64,000 bases of DNA from Octopus bimaculoides (taxonomy: Eukaryota). The position numbers and the translations under genes were made by a program. Within the stretch, counting starts at the first letter, position 1; every line of letters starts with the position of its first letter. The DNA is taken from positions 14,864,420 through 14,928,419 of the forward strand of contig NC_068998.1 of the NCBI RefSeq assembly GCF_001194135.2. The letters run 5' to 3'. The notes beneath the pieces were generated by a model that did not search any database, was not told where the DNA came from, and was given only the letters and a program-made list of their open reading frames with translations. This document shows positions 39,483 through 53,742 of the stretch, piece after piece.

Positions 39483-41369
39483 GAGTGGTGATCTCCGTTG
39501 TTCGACGATATGGATTTAAGTGCTAGATCAACTGAATTACGTATTGCTCCTGAATTAAAGTCTCAATGGTTGCACCAACATAACTACATGTTTGTGTACG
39601 TGCGTCTGTCAACATATGTGCCGAGATTCATTTATGCAGATAACAGTGAAGTGCACAGCATTGCCAAGACTCAGCAATGATGAAACGCGTCTATCGCGCT
39701 TACGTGTCATGCAACTCTTCTCGCCGCAATATACAAAGCGTTTTTAAGGCTCTAAGGTTTCTTCTCTCACAGACAATTCCAGAGCAATTTCCGTATATTT
39801 TTCTGTAAAAAAACTTTTCTCTTGAAGCAGTGAATAGAAGCAGATTGATTATAGAAGATTATTCTTAGTTTGTGAGCAAGTCACTTTGCAGCATTGTCAG
39901 CCTTGTTACCTTGTTGCTTATAATATTCATAATAGATGTTTCTTATTAAATAATGCGCGTGTATTCACCATGCAGGCAATCGCCTCAAACAAGATGGTTT
40001 GACACGTTATTAACAAGAAAATAGCCGAAGAAAAACAATATCGGAAAAGATAAATTGAATCTTATCAGTTGTAGCTATAGAAGAAACCAAAACTATAAAG
40101 CATATTTTTTCTTGGAGATATGAGCTCAGTAATGACTTATATAATTGCTATGAAATAACATAAAAAATATTCTCCCTTCGGCTGTATGAATAGAAGAAAT
40201 ATAGAGCGAAAAAGAAATGGTCTCTCGAAACTTAATCATTTTATGAAAAAACAATTACTCCAGCGAGAAGCATTTGTTGAATGTAACATGTATGACAGTG
40301 TTATTAGAAATCTTTAGAATAGTAATAACATGTAACCAAAATAGTTTATTTTAGACCAACAACCGGTATATTAGCTTTCACTTTGACGAATATCCTTTTG
40401 CAATATTTGAAATGGAAATAGCAACAAAATACCAGATGCCCCCAAAAAATAGCAATGCAAATTAACACCTAAATGTGGTAAACTCTGCAGACTCTTGAAT
40501 TAGCACATGTCTGTATACGTCACTATGGGTATGGGAGGAATGGAATCAAGGCCAACACCGCAAACCATGAAACCTTTAAAAATGGTTGGAATGAAGTTAA
40601 GAGATAGAATGTGTTATACAATAATGTAGAGTGCAAACTCAATCACTGCATAAAGAGTACTGGTGAGATTTTCTTATAATTTTTACTGACCAAAGATATT
40701 GATCTGTTAGAGAAATAGGAAAGAAAGTGAACAAAGTAGTAGAAATCATAAGCTTTGAAGATTCCTGAGATATTCAACCCAGTATGTTTATTCAGATTCA
40801 TTTAGGTATCTTATTTAATTAATTTCCTTAACACTGATTGCTTTATCAACTAAATCACTGCTTCTGAATTAACGTCTACATCAGGGGTTCACAACAATTT
40901 TGTTTTTATCTATGGAACCTTTGATTGTTATTTCATTCTGGTGGACCCCCATAGCCAACTGATGTTTAAAAACCAGTTTTATAGAAACTTCCTTGTATTT
41001 CCTCGGCCACTGTTTTTCTATGAGTCAATCCAGACATGGATGTTTTTTGTTGATACACTATTCTGGGTTGCCTTTGAACATCCGTGACGAATATAGTAAA
41101 TATATACATACATCATATATACATCAAGTATATAGAAATATTATACACACATTCAAGCATATATCAATAAATAGCTATCGTAATATTTGTATTATTCGAA
41201 ATTACTTTTAAAAACTAACAAAAAAAAAAGAAATATCATATGTATGTAGGTGTATGCGTATCTGTGTACAAATTCATATACATTTTTACGCACGCACACA
41301 CACACATACATGTGTATGTATATGTCAATATATTTATGTATGTATGTATTTATATAATACATATATATA

Positions 41370-41454
<85 letters not shown>

Positions 41455-41557
41455 TATATATAGATATATATAGATATATATATATACATATATATACATA
41501 TATATATGCATATATATATGTGCGTGTGCTTACACACACGCACACACATACATACAT

Positions 41558-41589
<32 letters not shown>

Positions 41590-42224
41590 TACATATGATT
41601 GCATATGTAAAAGCCTCTAAAACCTTTAATGCTCATGATCAATTATTCAGCATTTATTGCTGCTTGTATGAACCGACAGGGGAGTTATAATAGTAATAGT
41701 TCTTCTTTACACACATTTATTATTCCAAACATCATTCCGGCAAAAATAAAATCATTATTTATTAATGCAAAACTTTATTTATAGTATTTGTTATGTGAAA
41801 TTACGGGAATCACTTGATTTGTAATGTAAAATACACATTCACTGGTATCATACACATTATTCTTAACATTTTATCCCAAATGAATTGGTTATAAATCATT
41901 TAAATTGCGAAAATGCGTAATACTTTTTACTCTAAAACCATGCAAATACTATAGTCATCTTAATCAATGTGCCAGTCGGTCAGATGTAGCCTCTACGTTG
42001 TCTGGGAACGCGCAAGAAATAACAATGAAGCGCCCTGAAGATTGAAGATAACACATCATTCAATTTAGAAAAAATGAAGCGCTGATTGTATAATGTCGTC
42101 CTATAGACTCTCTTCTTCAATTATAAACAGAATGGTCATAGAATATACTTGATCATCACGCTGCTTAGGGATTTTTTCTGTGTTACATCTCACATCATAT
42201 ATATATGTATATTGTCTTGGTATA

Positions 42225-42723
42225 AAAGATGGGCTAAAGTAAATATTCTGCTCAATACCACAGATTTGCTTTTCAGTTGTTTGACCTTAACCAGTTGAGC
42301 ATGTCTGTTAGTGGCTGACGATATGTGCATCTCTGATAACGAACAGAAGTAGTGGGGAAGCAACATAGCCATTTGTTGAGAGGAATTCTTGGGACTTTGA
42401 AAAATTCTCCTCTGGAAACATGGGTGTTTTGTCATCTTCCTTATACAATCCTTATTCACGGACCTTTTGAGCTGGATGGGCTACTCAACCTGAAGAAAAT
42501 TCTAACTGGGCCCCACCTGCAATGTCATCCGCTGTTAATCTTGATATGAGATCACCATCTCGCGCACATATGGTTGTGATGTATGTGCTTTGTGTACCCT
42601 TATCAGACAGGTAGTCATGATGAGTATATTGGGCTTCGCATGATTGTACTCCAGTGTCACTTTGATGTCATGCGCTGCTCTCTCACTCAATAATATTAAT
42701 AATAACAATAATAATGATAATAA
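42225..42723 (+). mobile_element. Non-coding interspersed element ending in an (AAT)n tail
   Basis: Ends gtcactttgatgtcatgcgctgctctctcactc + aataatattaataataac, a recalled octopus repeat 3' end; 5' boundary approximate. Confidence 0.5.
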
Positions 42724-42724
42724 T

Positions 42725-44072
42725 TGTGGCGGAAAGGATGGGTTGAGAACTACTGTGGATAAAGAGCGACGGATAGAAGAAGAAATAAACAACCGTGGTG
42801 GAAAAGGAGAATTTCTGAAGATATAAACTATCTGAACAGTTTATTGTTAATACCTGTCAAGAAAAGAAATGGAGAACTTAAGAATGAATGGAAATTCGAA
42901 AAAGTTAGGAAGAAGTATGGTGTAGATACAAAAGGCCTGAATATTGTAATTGAGGAAATGAAGCAGCGCATACATGTAAAAATAACAAAGCTAACTAAGT
43001 TTGAACAACGGATTAAGCAATACCAGCAACACAGATTCTTTAGTACCGACCTAAAATGATTTTATCATGAGATTAATGACGATACAAAAACGTGAATGAT
43101 TAGTCTCTGATGCTGATGAAAGTCGACCTTTAGTGGGGGTATGATATCGAGTAACATAATACTACAGCTGAATGGCTCTGCAGCCTGAAGCAAACAGCTT
43201 TTTATCCCCAGCAAGAGGCTATCTACTTCACAGAAGACAGTATCAGAAATATGAGTAAAAAGATAAGCAATTGGAAAGCAGCAGGACCTGATGGTGTACA
43301 GGGATTTTGGATACAAATGTTCATTAGTTTCCATATATTGATCGCAGAAACTTAATGCATTGATTAATGGAGAAGATGAAATCCCGGGCTGGTTGACAAA
43401 AGGAAGGACGGCGTTGTGTCTGAAAGATGCATCAAAGAGAAATGCTGCAGACAATTACAGACCAATATCCTGCCTCCTGTTAATATGGAAGTTACTGTGA
43501 GGAGGAATTGCAGAAGAACTGTATAAATTTCTTGATGAGGACGATATACTACCGCCGGAATAAAAATGTCAGTAGAAGGAGATGCAGAAGTACCAAAGAT
43601 TAACAATTGATAGACAAAATGGTAATGCATGATTATAAACGGAGAACAAATCTGGGAACGGACTAGATTGAATATCGCAAAACTTATGACATAATTCCAC
43701 ATTCGTGGATCATCGAGTGCTTAGATCAGATTGGAATTGCGAGGAATGCAACGTGTTTCCTGAAGAGAAGTATGGTGGGATGGAAAACTGAACTGGCATC
43801 TTACGGAAAAAGCTTGGGCACCCAGGGTATCAGAAGACGGATTTTCCAGGTTAACGGCCTATCTCCGTTGCTTTTCGTTCTCTGCATGATACCCCTGACC
43901 TTGGTACTCAGGAAAATGAACCTGGGGTACTAACTAAAAGAAAAATCCTAAACAATCAACCACCTCCTCTTCATGGATGATTTGAAACTGTATGGCAAAG
44001 ATGAGACACAAGTGAGTTGCTTGATGAACACAGTCCACTGTTTTAGTGCTGATATTAGAATGGAATTTGGAC
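42725..44072 (+). mobile_element. Dong/R4-clade non-LTR retrotransposon fragment (pre-RT region and RT to the catalytic DD), disrupted
   Basis: [106 protein letters not shown]. Confidence 0.93.
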
Positions 44073-44075
44073 ACA

Positions 44076-44164
<89 letters not shown>

Positions 44165-44195
44165 CATCATCATTATTATTTTTATTATTATTATT
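44076..44195. repeat. (ATT)n array with ATC interruptions
   Basis: Direct inspection. Confidence 0.97.
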
Positions 44196-44281
44196 TTGTT
44201 TGACTTTTGTTTTGCATTTGTACAAGTTGGATCCAAGTCTCACCCAGAGACCTCAAGAGACAACAAGTTAGAAGTTCATGT
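44196..44281 (-). mobile_element. 3' end of a second retroelement whose (AAT)n tail is the 44076-44195 array; runs into a gap
   Basis: Minus strand gaggtctctgggtgagacttggatccaacttgtacaaatgcaaaacaaaagtcaaac + (AAT)n; recalled octopus repeat end. Confidence 0.55.
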
Positions 44282-47159
44282 NNNNNNNNNNNNNNNNNNN
44301 NNNNNNNNNNNNNNNNNNNNNNNNNNNNNNNNNNNNNNNNNNNNNNNNNNNNNNNNNNNNNNNNNNNNNNNNNNNNNNNNNNNNNNNNNNNNNNNNNNNN
44401 NNNNNNNNNNNNNNNNNNNNNNNNNNNNNNNNNNNNNNNNNNNNNNNNNNNNNNNNNNNNNNNNNNNNNNNNNNNNNNNNNNNNNNNNNNNNNNNNNNNN
44501 NNNNNNNNNNNNNNNNNNNNNNNNNNNNNNNNNNNNNNNNNNNNNNNNNNNNNNNNNNNNNNNNNNNNNNNNNNNNNNNNNNNNNNNNNNNNNNNNNNNN
44601 NNNNNNNNNNNNNNNNNNNNNNNNNNNNNNNNNNNNNNNNNNNNNNNNNNNNNNNNNNNNNNNNNNNNNNNNNNNNNNNNNNNNNNNNNNNNNNNNNNNN
44701 NNNNNNNNNNNNNNNNNNNNNNNNNNNNNNNNNNNNNNNNNNNNNNNNNNNNNNNNNNNNNNNNNNNNNNNNNNNNNNNNNNNNNNNNNNNNNNNNNNNN
44801 NNNNNNNNNNNNNNNNNNNNNNNNNNNNNNNNNNNNNNNNNNNNNNNNNNNNNNNNNNNNNNNNNNNNNNNNNNNNNNNNNNNNNNNNNNNNNNNNNNNN
44901 NNNNNNNNNNNNNNNNNNNNNNNNNNNNNNNNNNNNNNNNNNNNNNNNNNNNNNNNNNNNNNNNNNNNNNNNNNNNNNNNNNNNNNNNNNNNNNNNNNNN
45001 NNNNNNNNNNNNNNNNNNNNNNNNNNNNNNNNNNNNNNNNNNNNNNNNNNNNNNNTGGTGGTGGTAATGCTTTTGTCACCTTAATGCTGTCGGCATAGCT
45101 TATGAAGGTGTCTGCCCTGACAACCGAAGATAAGTCATAAAACTATTATGCACAATGAAAAAAAAAAAAACAAATACGAACTTATGAAATACCATAGAAC
45201 ATGAATTTTTGATGTATTGAAACTATCTCCACCTCTAGAGGATTTATCGTAATTACCAAATGGCAATTAAGAACAACTCCAGATCATGAGAGGAGATAAT
45301 TTCATGATTGAAGCATTCGCCAAAGTTCACATAACCTTAAGGAAAATGGCAGGCTTATTGTCTGGAGGTAAGAAGACAATTATCGACCTCCAGTAGTCAA
45401 GGGACTTATGTAAAACAAGAGTAGAATACATTCATAGCCCAGGCGAGTTGCATAGGTTAAACAAGTACAGGCTAAGATAAATAACTCAGAATGACCAGTG
45501 GCATGACTTATTATGTAGGTCACAGATGTGACCTATTCTCTTTTTGCCTAAGTCTAAGGTCGGAGGAATGTCTTGCTGATGACAGTTATTGAGTCAGAAA
45601 CACATATCCACAATAGTCCTATCTCCAGGCAATGAGCTGGACCTTTCTTTAATTATATGTCAACTTTGAAGAAATACTTCAAGTGCAGCTGGTCCTAAAG
45701 AAGTTTGGTAATTACGATATATCTTCAAGAGGCGAGGATAATTTTAATAAACCAAGAATTTATGTTGTTTTGTATATGATACACCTGTTATTGTCTTTTT
45801 TGACTCGGCTCATATTTCTTTAAATCATTACACTCAATGCTGGCCTTTACGAAACTTTTATATAGTACTTCTCTGAATTATTGAACGATTAAAGAAAACA
45901 CCATTGGCTGCAACAATTTGGGTTGTGCTTATTAGGGAGTTATACAGCCACTCTTATAGTTTCAGATAGATAGATAGATCGATCGATAGATAGACAGACA
46001 GACAGATAGAGAGAGGGGGAGGAGAGAGGGGGAGGGGAGGGGAGANNNNNNNNNNNNNNNNNNNNNNNNNNNNNNNNNNNNNNNNNNNNNNNNNNNNNNN
46101 NNNNNNNNNNNNNNNNNNNNNNNNNNNNNNNNNNNNNNNNNNNNNNNNNNNNNNNNNNNNNNNNNNNNNNNNNNNNNNNNNNNNNNNNNNNNNNNNNNNN
46201 NNNNNNNNNNNNNNNNNNNNNNNNNNNNNNNNNNNNNNNNNNNNNNNNNNNNNNNNNNNNNNNNNNNNNNNNNNNNNNNNNNNNNNNNNNNNNNNNNNNN
46301 NNNNNNNNNNNNNNNNNNNNNNNNNNNNNNNNNNNNNNNNNNNNNNNNNNNNNNNNNNNNNNNNNNNNNNNNNNNNNNNNNNNNNNNNNNNNNNNNNNNN
46401 NNNNNNNGAGGGGGAGTGAGCGAGATAAAACGTAAAGCATTCGAAGACAATGAGACAACAGGAGGAACAGAGTCGTGAGTATTATAAACTGCTGTATGCA
46501 TGTATGTATGTATGTATGTATGTATGTATGTATGTATGTATGTATAAAGAAAAAAATTGCACATAAATGCATGAAATATAAATCTATTCTTCTATACATA
46601 TATGCATACACGATCACACATACACGCATTTTAATTTTAATTCAATAATAAACGAATAGAAAATCAAATATATTGCCAACATGTTTTTAGGAAGAATTAC
46701 TCTGTAGTACAAGTAATAAGTTGTAAATACTTTAATATGGGTTTGCTTAATATTCGTAGATTTAATTTTACACTCGAAAATGCAAATTATTGTATTAAAC
46801 GGCATTTATTACTGGGATATATCGACGACAAATGAAATAGTCTTACTTTCCTAATAAACACTGTTTTACGCAAGGAAATGTGATGCACATACATATACAA
46901 GTACATTACGTGCACGCGTACATATTTGCGTATATATATACGCAAATATGTATGCATGCATCGTATATGCGTACATATACACATACATACATACATATAT
47001 ATATATAATACATATAGAAGAACACAAATATTCATATAATTCACGTGAGTGTGTGTGAGTGTGTGTGCTGTTTTTATGTCCATATGTTCATATGTATACA
47101 TACACATATACTATATGTGTGTGCGTGTGGGTGTATGTATGTATATCTATCTATTTATC

Positions 47160-47217
<58 letters not shown>

Positions 47218-47221
47218 GCTA

Positions 47222-47830
47222 CCCCCTCTCGCTCCGCTTCCTTCTGTTGTCCTGGTTTCTACTTCACTGTTATACACATATATCTCTCTCTTCCTCCTTG
47301 TTCCACTTCCTCCCCCTACCATCCTCTCTCTTTCTCTATCTTTCTATCTATCCTTCTACTTATCTACCTATCTATCTTTCTTCTTACCCATCTCCCCCTC
47401 TCGCTCTGCTTCTTTCTGTTGTTTTGGCTTCTACTTCACTGCTACACACACATCTCTCTCTTCTTCCTCGTTCCACTTCCTCCCTCTACCATCCTCTCTG
47501 CTCACGCGTGACCTGTGGTCAACTCACTTTTCACTCCAGCCACTATGAAGACGAGACGAACTGCTAGCGTTCTACATCAAATTCGCGTTTGGACGTACGG
47601 CATTTTAATGTTGTTTTCACTGTCCAATTTTTCCTATCCTTGCCACCTTGGAATCCTCTGTTTAGTGGGTCGATTCACTACTCAGGAAGAGACTATTCTA
47701 GAGTACGATCTGCCTTATCTTCGAAACGTCTAGTTAGAATAGAGGCAGCTGACGAAGGAATTATTCCAAGTGGCTATCTGTTTTCCTATGTGTTCGTTCC
47801 GTTGTCTGTAGTTCATTGTTCTAACGTCCT
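47222..47830 (+). mobile_element. Probable PLE 3' region: CT-rich tract with internal duplication and hammerhead-like motifs
   Basis: About 105-bp duplication (47222-47330 vs 47393-47498); ttcgaaacgtc at 47720-47730; ctgacgaaggaattattcc at 47749-47767; same layout as 1576-2410. Confidence 0.5.
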
Positions 47831-47910
47831 GTACCCTGATATGCATCTATATACACATGTAGATGTAAGTATGTACATATATGTATGTATACATGTATAT
47901 ATATTCTTTG

Positions 47911-48040
<130 letters not shown>

Positions 48041-48379
48041 ATGATTATAGTTATATATATAATATAAATACACGATCACATATTCATATAATTCACGTGA
48101 GTATGTGTGCAGGTTGTATGTCCATATGTTCATATGTGTACATATACATATATTATATATGTGTGTGTGTGCGTGTTTGTATGTATGTATGTATGTAATG
48201 TACGTATGCAAGTTGGTACGTGGAAAGGTAGGTAAGTAGATGAGTATGTATGTAGGTAGATAGATAAGTATGCATTTGATACATACACACATACATACAT
48301 ACATGTATACATTCATACATACATACATACATACATACACACTCACATATATACACCTTCAACACTTTATATTCTTTTT

Positions 48380-48510
48380 AGTTTCAAATTTTGGGGCACA
48401 AGGCCAGCGATTACAGTGCTCAACTGCGACTTATTTCATCTATCCCGAAGCATGATAGGCAAAATTAACCTCGTGATGTAGAGATGTAGAAGCAATAAAT
48501 ATTTTACGCT
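48380..48510 (-). mobile_element. SINE family C fragment
   Basis: ttcaaattttggggcacaaggccagc...cagtgctcaactg..acttattt.atc..tcccgaa. Confidence 0.7.
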
Positions 48511-48619
48511 TAGTTCAGAGGATAGCAGAATCACTGACCTCGTACAAATAAGGGCAACCTACAACAAGAAATACAGTAGCTTCAACTAACAGAACCCAGG
48601 ATGGCCACCTAAGACATTA

Positions 48620-49230
48620 CCTCACATGCAATACGAGATATACTGGCAAATATCATGAGTATTTTACATCAGAGTATATTGAATAAAATTAATCACATAA
48701 GGGATGTTGATGTATGCAACGAAGTAATATGCATAACACTGACAGAAACACATCTGACAAGTAACGTGACAGATTAGAAAACCATATATCAAGATGTGCA
48801 TCTTCCGTACGGACAAGATGGAAAGAAACCACAATGTTTCTACGACGTATATCCACAAAAATGTAACACCATCAAGTGCGTACATATAAAGCATCAAAAC
48901 TTATATACGTCGTTTAAACCCTACAGATGCATTAAATTATGTAAGGTATCAGCAACATAAACGCACTCACAAGTTTGGAGCAGAATACCAACGTACTTCT
49001 ATTCAATGACTTCACCCTTCCCTTTCAAATGGTCTGATGGCACACTCTCTTACTAGATCACATTAGAGATGCAGTGTTCCACAATGATCTCACCAGTATG
49101 CAATTCTTAGTACAAAAGATTAGTTCCTCAATTAGGGGCAATAAATTGGATGTTTGCTTCACAAACATTGCGAAAATCAGCCACAGTTATAGCGTGATTC
49201 ATATATGCTTCTTCTTTGAACAAAACATCA
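48620..49230 (+). pseudogene. CR1-type LINE endonuclease remnant
   Basis: ITLTETHL, IFRTDK.ERNH...YIHK, LLFNDF.LP..W, QKISSSIRGNKLDVCFTN across frameshifts. Confidence 0.65.
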
Positions 49231-49390
49231 CAGAATTGACAATGAATGGGCTAAAGGAACATATAGCTCAACACCTCTATCAAATGCTTGATGGATATCA
49301 ATTAACAAGGAAACTTGTGAGTTAAGCAAGATTGAAATGCTATGTAAGACAGAAAACAGCATAAAACTGAACGATTGTATGCCTATAATT

Positions 49391-49504
<114 letters not shown>

Positions 49505-49952
49505 GGATGAAGAGTAACAGAAATGTATGTAGAAGAATCTAGGGAGAGGCAAACCATGTATTCCCCTGAAGAAAACGGCTTTTCCTAACGATGTAATGTC
49601 ATTATTTAACATTTAAAAATTCGTTGAAAACAGCTGTAGTGGATTGACATATTTTCCCAACATATTATTATTTAATTATTATTCACCTGGCTTGGAACCT
49701 GCTCCTTGCGTAGATCCGACGTATATTATGAACTGTACATTTAGTGAAATGTGCGTTTCATGATCAACCTCAGGGCTATTGATATAGTCAGTTAGGTACA
49801 GTTAATCGTATACATAACCTGGATATCTTTCTACCTTTACTATGCTACCCGCGTATACTTTTGTTGTGGATCCGGCCCGGTGCCTTACCATTTAAGTGTC
49901 TGATTTGCTTGAATCCTGATCTATTATATATACCCTGTATATATTATATATA

Positions 49953-50209
49953 CAGGGTTGGCCAAAAGTCAGCTGACAGTAAATCGAAACCATTTAATTC
50001 AAAGATTTATTTATATTTAACAATTCAATCAGACTTCGCTAATAAACAGAAAAGATGTTTAATAAACAGAAAATATTGAAGAGAAACGGTGATTTTTAAT
50101 TCACAGCATTCAATTTTTAAACATTCATAATTGGAATGAATAAATAGAATTGAATATTAAACATTTATGGAATTTTGATTTACTGTCAGGTGACTTTTGG
50201 GCAACGTTG
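49953..50209. mobile_element. Tc1/mariner-type MITE (257 bp) with TA target duplication
   Basis: Left TIR cagggttggccaaaagtcagctgacagtaaatc; right TIR reverse complement caacgttgcccaaaagtcacctgacagtaaatc; TA on both sides. Confidence 0.88.
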
Positions 50210-50410
50210 TACATACATACATACGTACGTACATACATCCACACATACATGCATACATGCATACATACATACATACATACATACATACATGCATGCATAC
50301 ATACATACATGCATACATACATACATGCATGCATACATACATACATGCATACATGCATACATACATACATACATACATACATACATACATGCATACATGC
50401 ATACATACAC
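50210..50410. repeat. (CATA)n/(CATG)n microsatellite
   Basis: Direct inspection. Confidence 0.95.
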
Positions 50411-50928
50411 GTGGTTTTAAGTTTGACCTCATAGTATGAAGCAATACATTGCACAAGTCAATCACGCCATAGCTTCAGAAACATTCAAGACATATGATTC
50501 AAAGTGGGATGTTAGAATTTGTGCGGAAGCTCGTTAGATGTGCTGTACTTGCACTCGGGTAATGTTCTTAATCTGTTACACGATTACACACAACCATCTG
50601 GGTTACTTTAGTTGCCTTACAGGTGGTTATTTAACATTGAGGAAGTTTCATGCTTGATGATACATTGTGATCTTTATACATTGCTACTACATACAAAGCA
50701 TAAGGTCGCTCGCCGATCTCAGAGACGTTATACAAATAGTAATACACAAATCATCTCTACTTCTGAACAAAGGATCACAACAGCAACAAAAAAAAAAACG
50801 TGAAATTTAATAGCTCAATCAGGAATAGAACTACTGATGTCGATTAGACTATGCCGAACCGTACAGTCATTTTTTAATACAGTGCAAAATTTTATTTTTC
50901 ATTTTTTCATTATTGCATCAAATTACTA

Positions 50929-51314
50929 GTGGAGGCGGAATGGCCCAGTGGTTAGGGCAGCGAACTCGCGGTCATAGGATCGCGGTTTCGATTCCCAGAC
51001 CGGGCGTTGTGAGTATTTATTGAGCGATAACACCTAAAGCTCCACGAGGCTCCAGCAGGGGGGAGTGGCGAACCCTGCTGTACTCTTTCACCACAACTTT
51101 CTGTCACTCTTACTTCCTGTTTCTGTTGTGCCTGTAATTCAAAGGGCCAGCCTTGTCACACTGTATCACGCTGAATATCCCCGAGAACTACGTTAAGGGT
51201 ACATGTGTCTGTGGAATGCTCAGCCACTTGCACGTTAATTTCACGAGCAGGCTGTTCCGTTGATCGGATCAACTGGAACCCTCGACGTCGTAAGCGACGG
51301 AGTGCCAACCACAA
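50929..51314 (+). mobile_element. tRNA-derived SINE (family D) with perfect 13-bp TSD; shares its 3' tail with family A
   Basis: TSD catcaaattacta at 50916-50928 and 51315-51327; A box tggcccagtgg, B box ggtttcgattcc; tail from caaagggccagcc matches 32898-33067. Confidence 0.93.
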
Positions 51315-51623
51315 CATCAAATTACTAACGGTTGCTCGTCAAAAGGAAAGCATATGCTTATCTCTACAATGAATAAACATTTACCGCTAATCGCTTGATA
51401 AAATACTGGTACTACGTAACATACAACAAAGTACATAAAACATTTAATAATAACGCTCATTCATTACATAGCTGCAGTTGCAATTAAGTAGTTTGCAAAC
51501 AAAGTGAAAAGCAGGACTTCCCTGGCTAGTATTTTCATATTGGCAAAATTGATTTGGTATGACGTGGCACGTGTATAACGCCGATAGATGGTTTGTGTCT
51601 ATATGTGTATGTATGTATGTATG

Positions 51624-51660
<37 letters not shown>

Positions 51661-51737
51661 GCATGTGTGTGTATGTGTACGTCTGTGTGTATATATATAT
51701 ATATANNNNNNNNNNAATGTATGTGTGTATGTATATG

Positions 51738-51775
<38 letters not shown>

Positions 51776-51933
51776 TGCTCACACAGTGAAGGAGAGAGGG
51801 ATGTCTATGTAAAAATATAAAATATAAATACATGATATAAATATGTATGCATATGTATATATATATATGTGTGTGTGTGTGTGTATGTATATATATATGA
51901 ATACATGTAGATATATGTATATATGTATGTATT

Positions 51934-52000
<67 letters not shown>

Positions 52001-52185
52001 CTTCATTAAATGTGTGCATGGGGATTGTGTAAATATAGCCATTATTTGCACCGTGTACGTGCATGAATGTGTACAATTGCTATACCAACATTATATAGGT
52101 GTTTGATTTTGTATATGCGCGTGTATGTGTCAGTGTTCGCATGTGTGTCCACGCGTGTTTATGTAGGTGTGTGTTGAAATGTGTA

Positions 52186-52228
<43 letters not shown>

Positions 52229-52309
52229 GCACGCAAACACACACACACATAAACAGACATACACACGTATGTGCATATATAAACGTATATGATTACGTAT
52301 ACATGTATG

Positions 52310-52358
<49 letters not shown>

Positions 52359-53742
52359 GTGTGTGTATGTATGCGTGTATGCGTATGGAAACCCTACCTA
52401 TATGGGCGTGCCTTTCGTAATGCCTGGAAATTATGTTTGGCCAGTAGTGTAGGAAGTATTCTTGTATTGTGCTAATATCGTCACCTCTGCAACGACTATT
52501 GCGCACGTTGCTAACAGTGATGACCATGATGAACATGATACTGGTGTTTCCATCAATAATGTTCTTGATGAAGACACAAAGTGAATAACTACATTTCAAA
52601 TTGCCCATACACGTATTCTGATTATTGGCGCAGCTTTTATGATTGGTCAGGCTAAGCCGTGGAGAGTACATTTTCTATCCATCTAGTGATGTTGTATAAG
52701 TCCACATTCATAAAAAGCCGCTTTCATTATCTCACCAATAAAAGCCGAAAATATTTCCGAGTTTATCCTTAAATGTAACCAATTTGCCTACACAAATTGT
52801 ACAAAGCTTAGCACACACAGTAGATTCACCGGGACTATAAATTTTCTCAATGTTAATTTAATGAATACAAGAATGTTCTGTCCGTTTATTTCTTTTCCTT
52901 TTTGTTTACTAGCGAGTCAGTAGAGTTTATAATGGCAATGTGCATTCATCCGTCATTTAAGAAAGATTTAGTATTCATTCTGTAACATACTCCAGCCATT
53001 TACACTCAACGTACACAGCTGAAATCTCCGAGATGTTAAGGCCTGTGTTTCTTTTATCACTCACATCCATATTAGTCTTATATTATTCTATTCGAAACCA
53101 CATACTAATCCAATGCAATCCACCATTTGTATATCCAATCTCCATACTTGATTTCAATCTAGTATTCCGAAGTAGAAGTATATTCTCATTTATAACTATT
53201 TTTGTAATTGCTAAGATAAATATACATACATACATAAGTACATACCTACGTACATATATACGCACACAGTGACATACACACGAAAACAAACACACACACA
53301 CACACACACACACATGCACATGCAAAAACATAGACAGATATACAGATAAATAGATAGAGAGACAGACAGACCGGTAGACAGGCATAAGGGCCGATAGACT
53401 GATACGAAGGTTTTAATTAAGGTAATATGAAAATGACTAACGTAGTGTATATTGTTGACATAAGTCGTTCGCGTTACACGAGTCTGATATATATGAGGAT
53501 GTGCGTATGCGTTTACGCACATACACACACACACACGCACGCACACACACATGCATATATATATATGCACATATACATACACACACACGCAAACACAAGC
53601 ACACACGCACACAAAAAGAAATACTAGGCATTGAACCAACATTTCTTTGTTTGAATGAAACCATTCCTTCATGAGGTTAACATAACCTCTAATCGAATAT
53701 ATATATATATATATATATATACTATATCATATATTCTATATA

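Noticed and set aside
40880-40960. hAT-like terminus caggggttcacaac
   Set aside because: No matching opposite TIR or 8-bp TSD identified.
45520-45590. LFLPKSKVGG as continuation of the Dong RT beyond the gap
   Set aside because: Only a short resemblance to LYLPR.EGGRG, with surrounding frames unsupportive.
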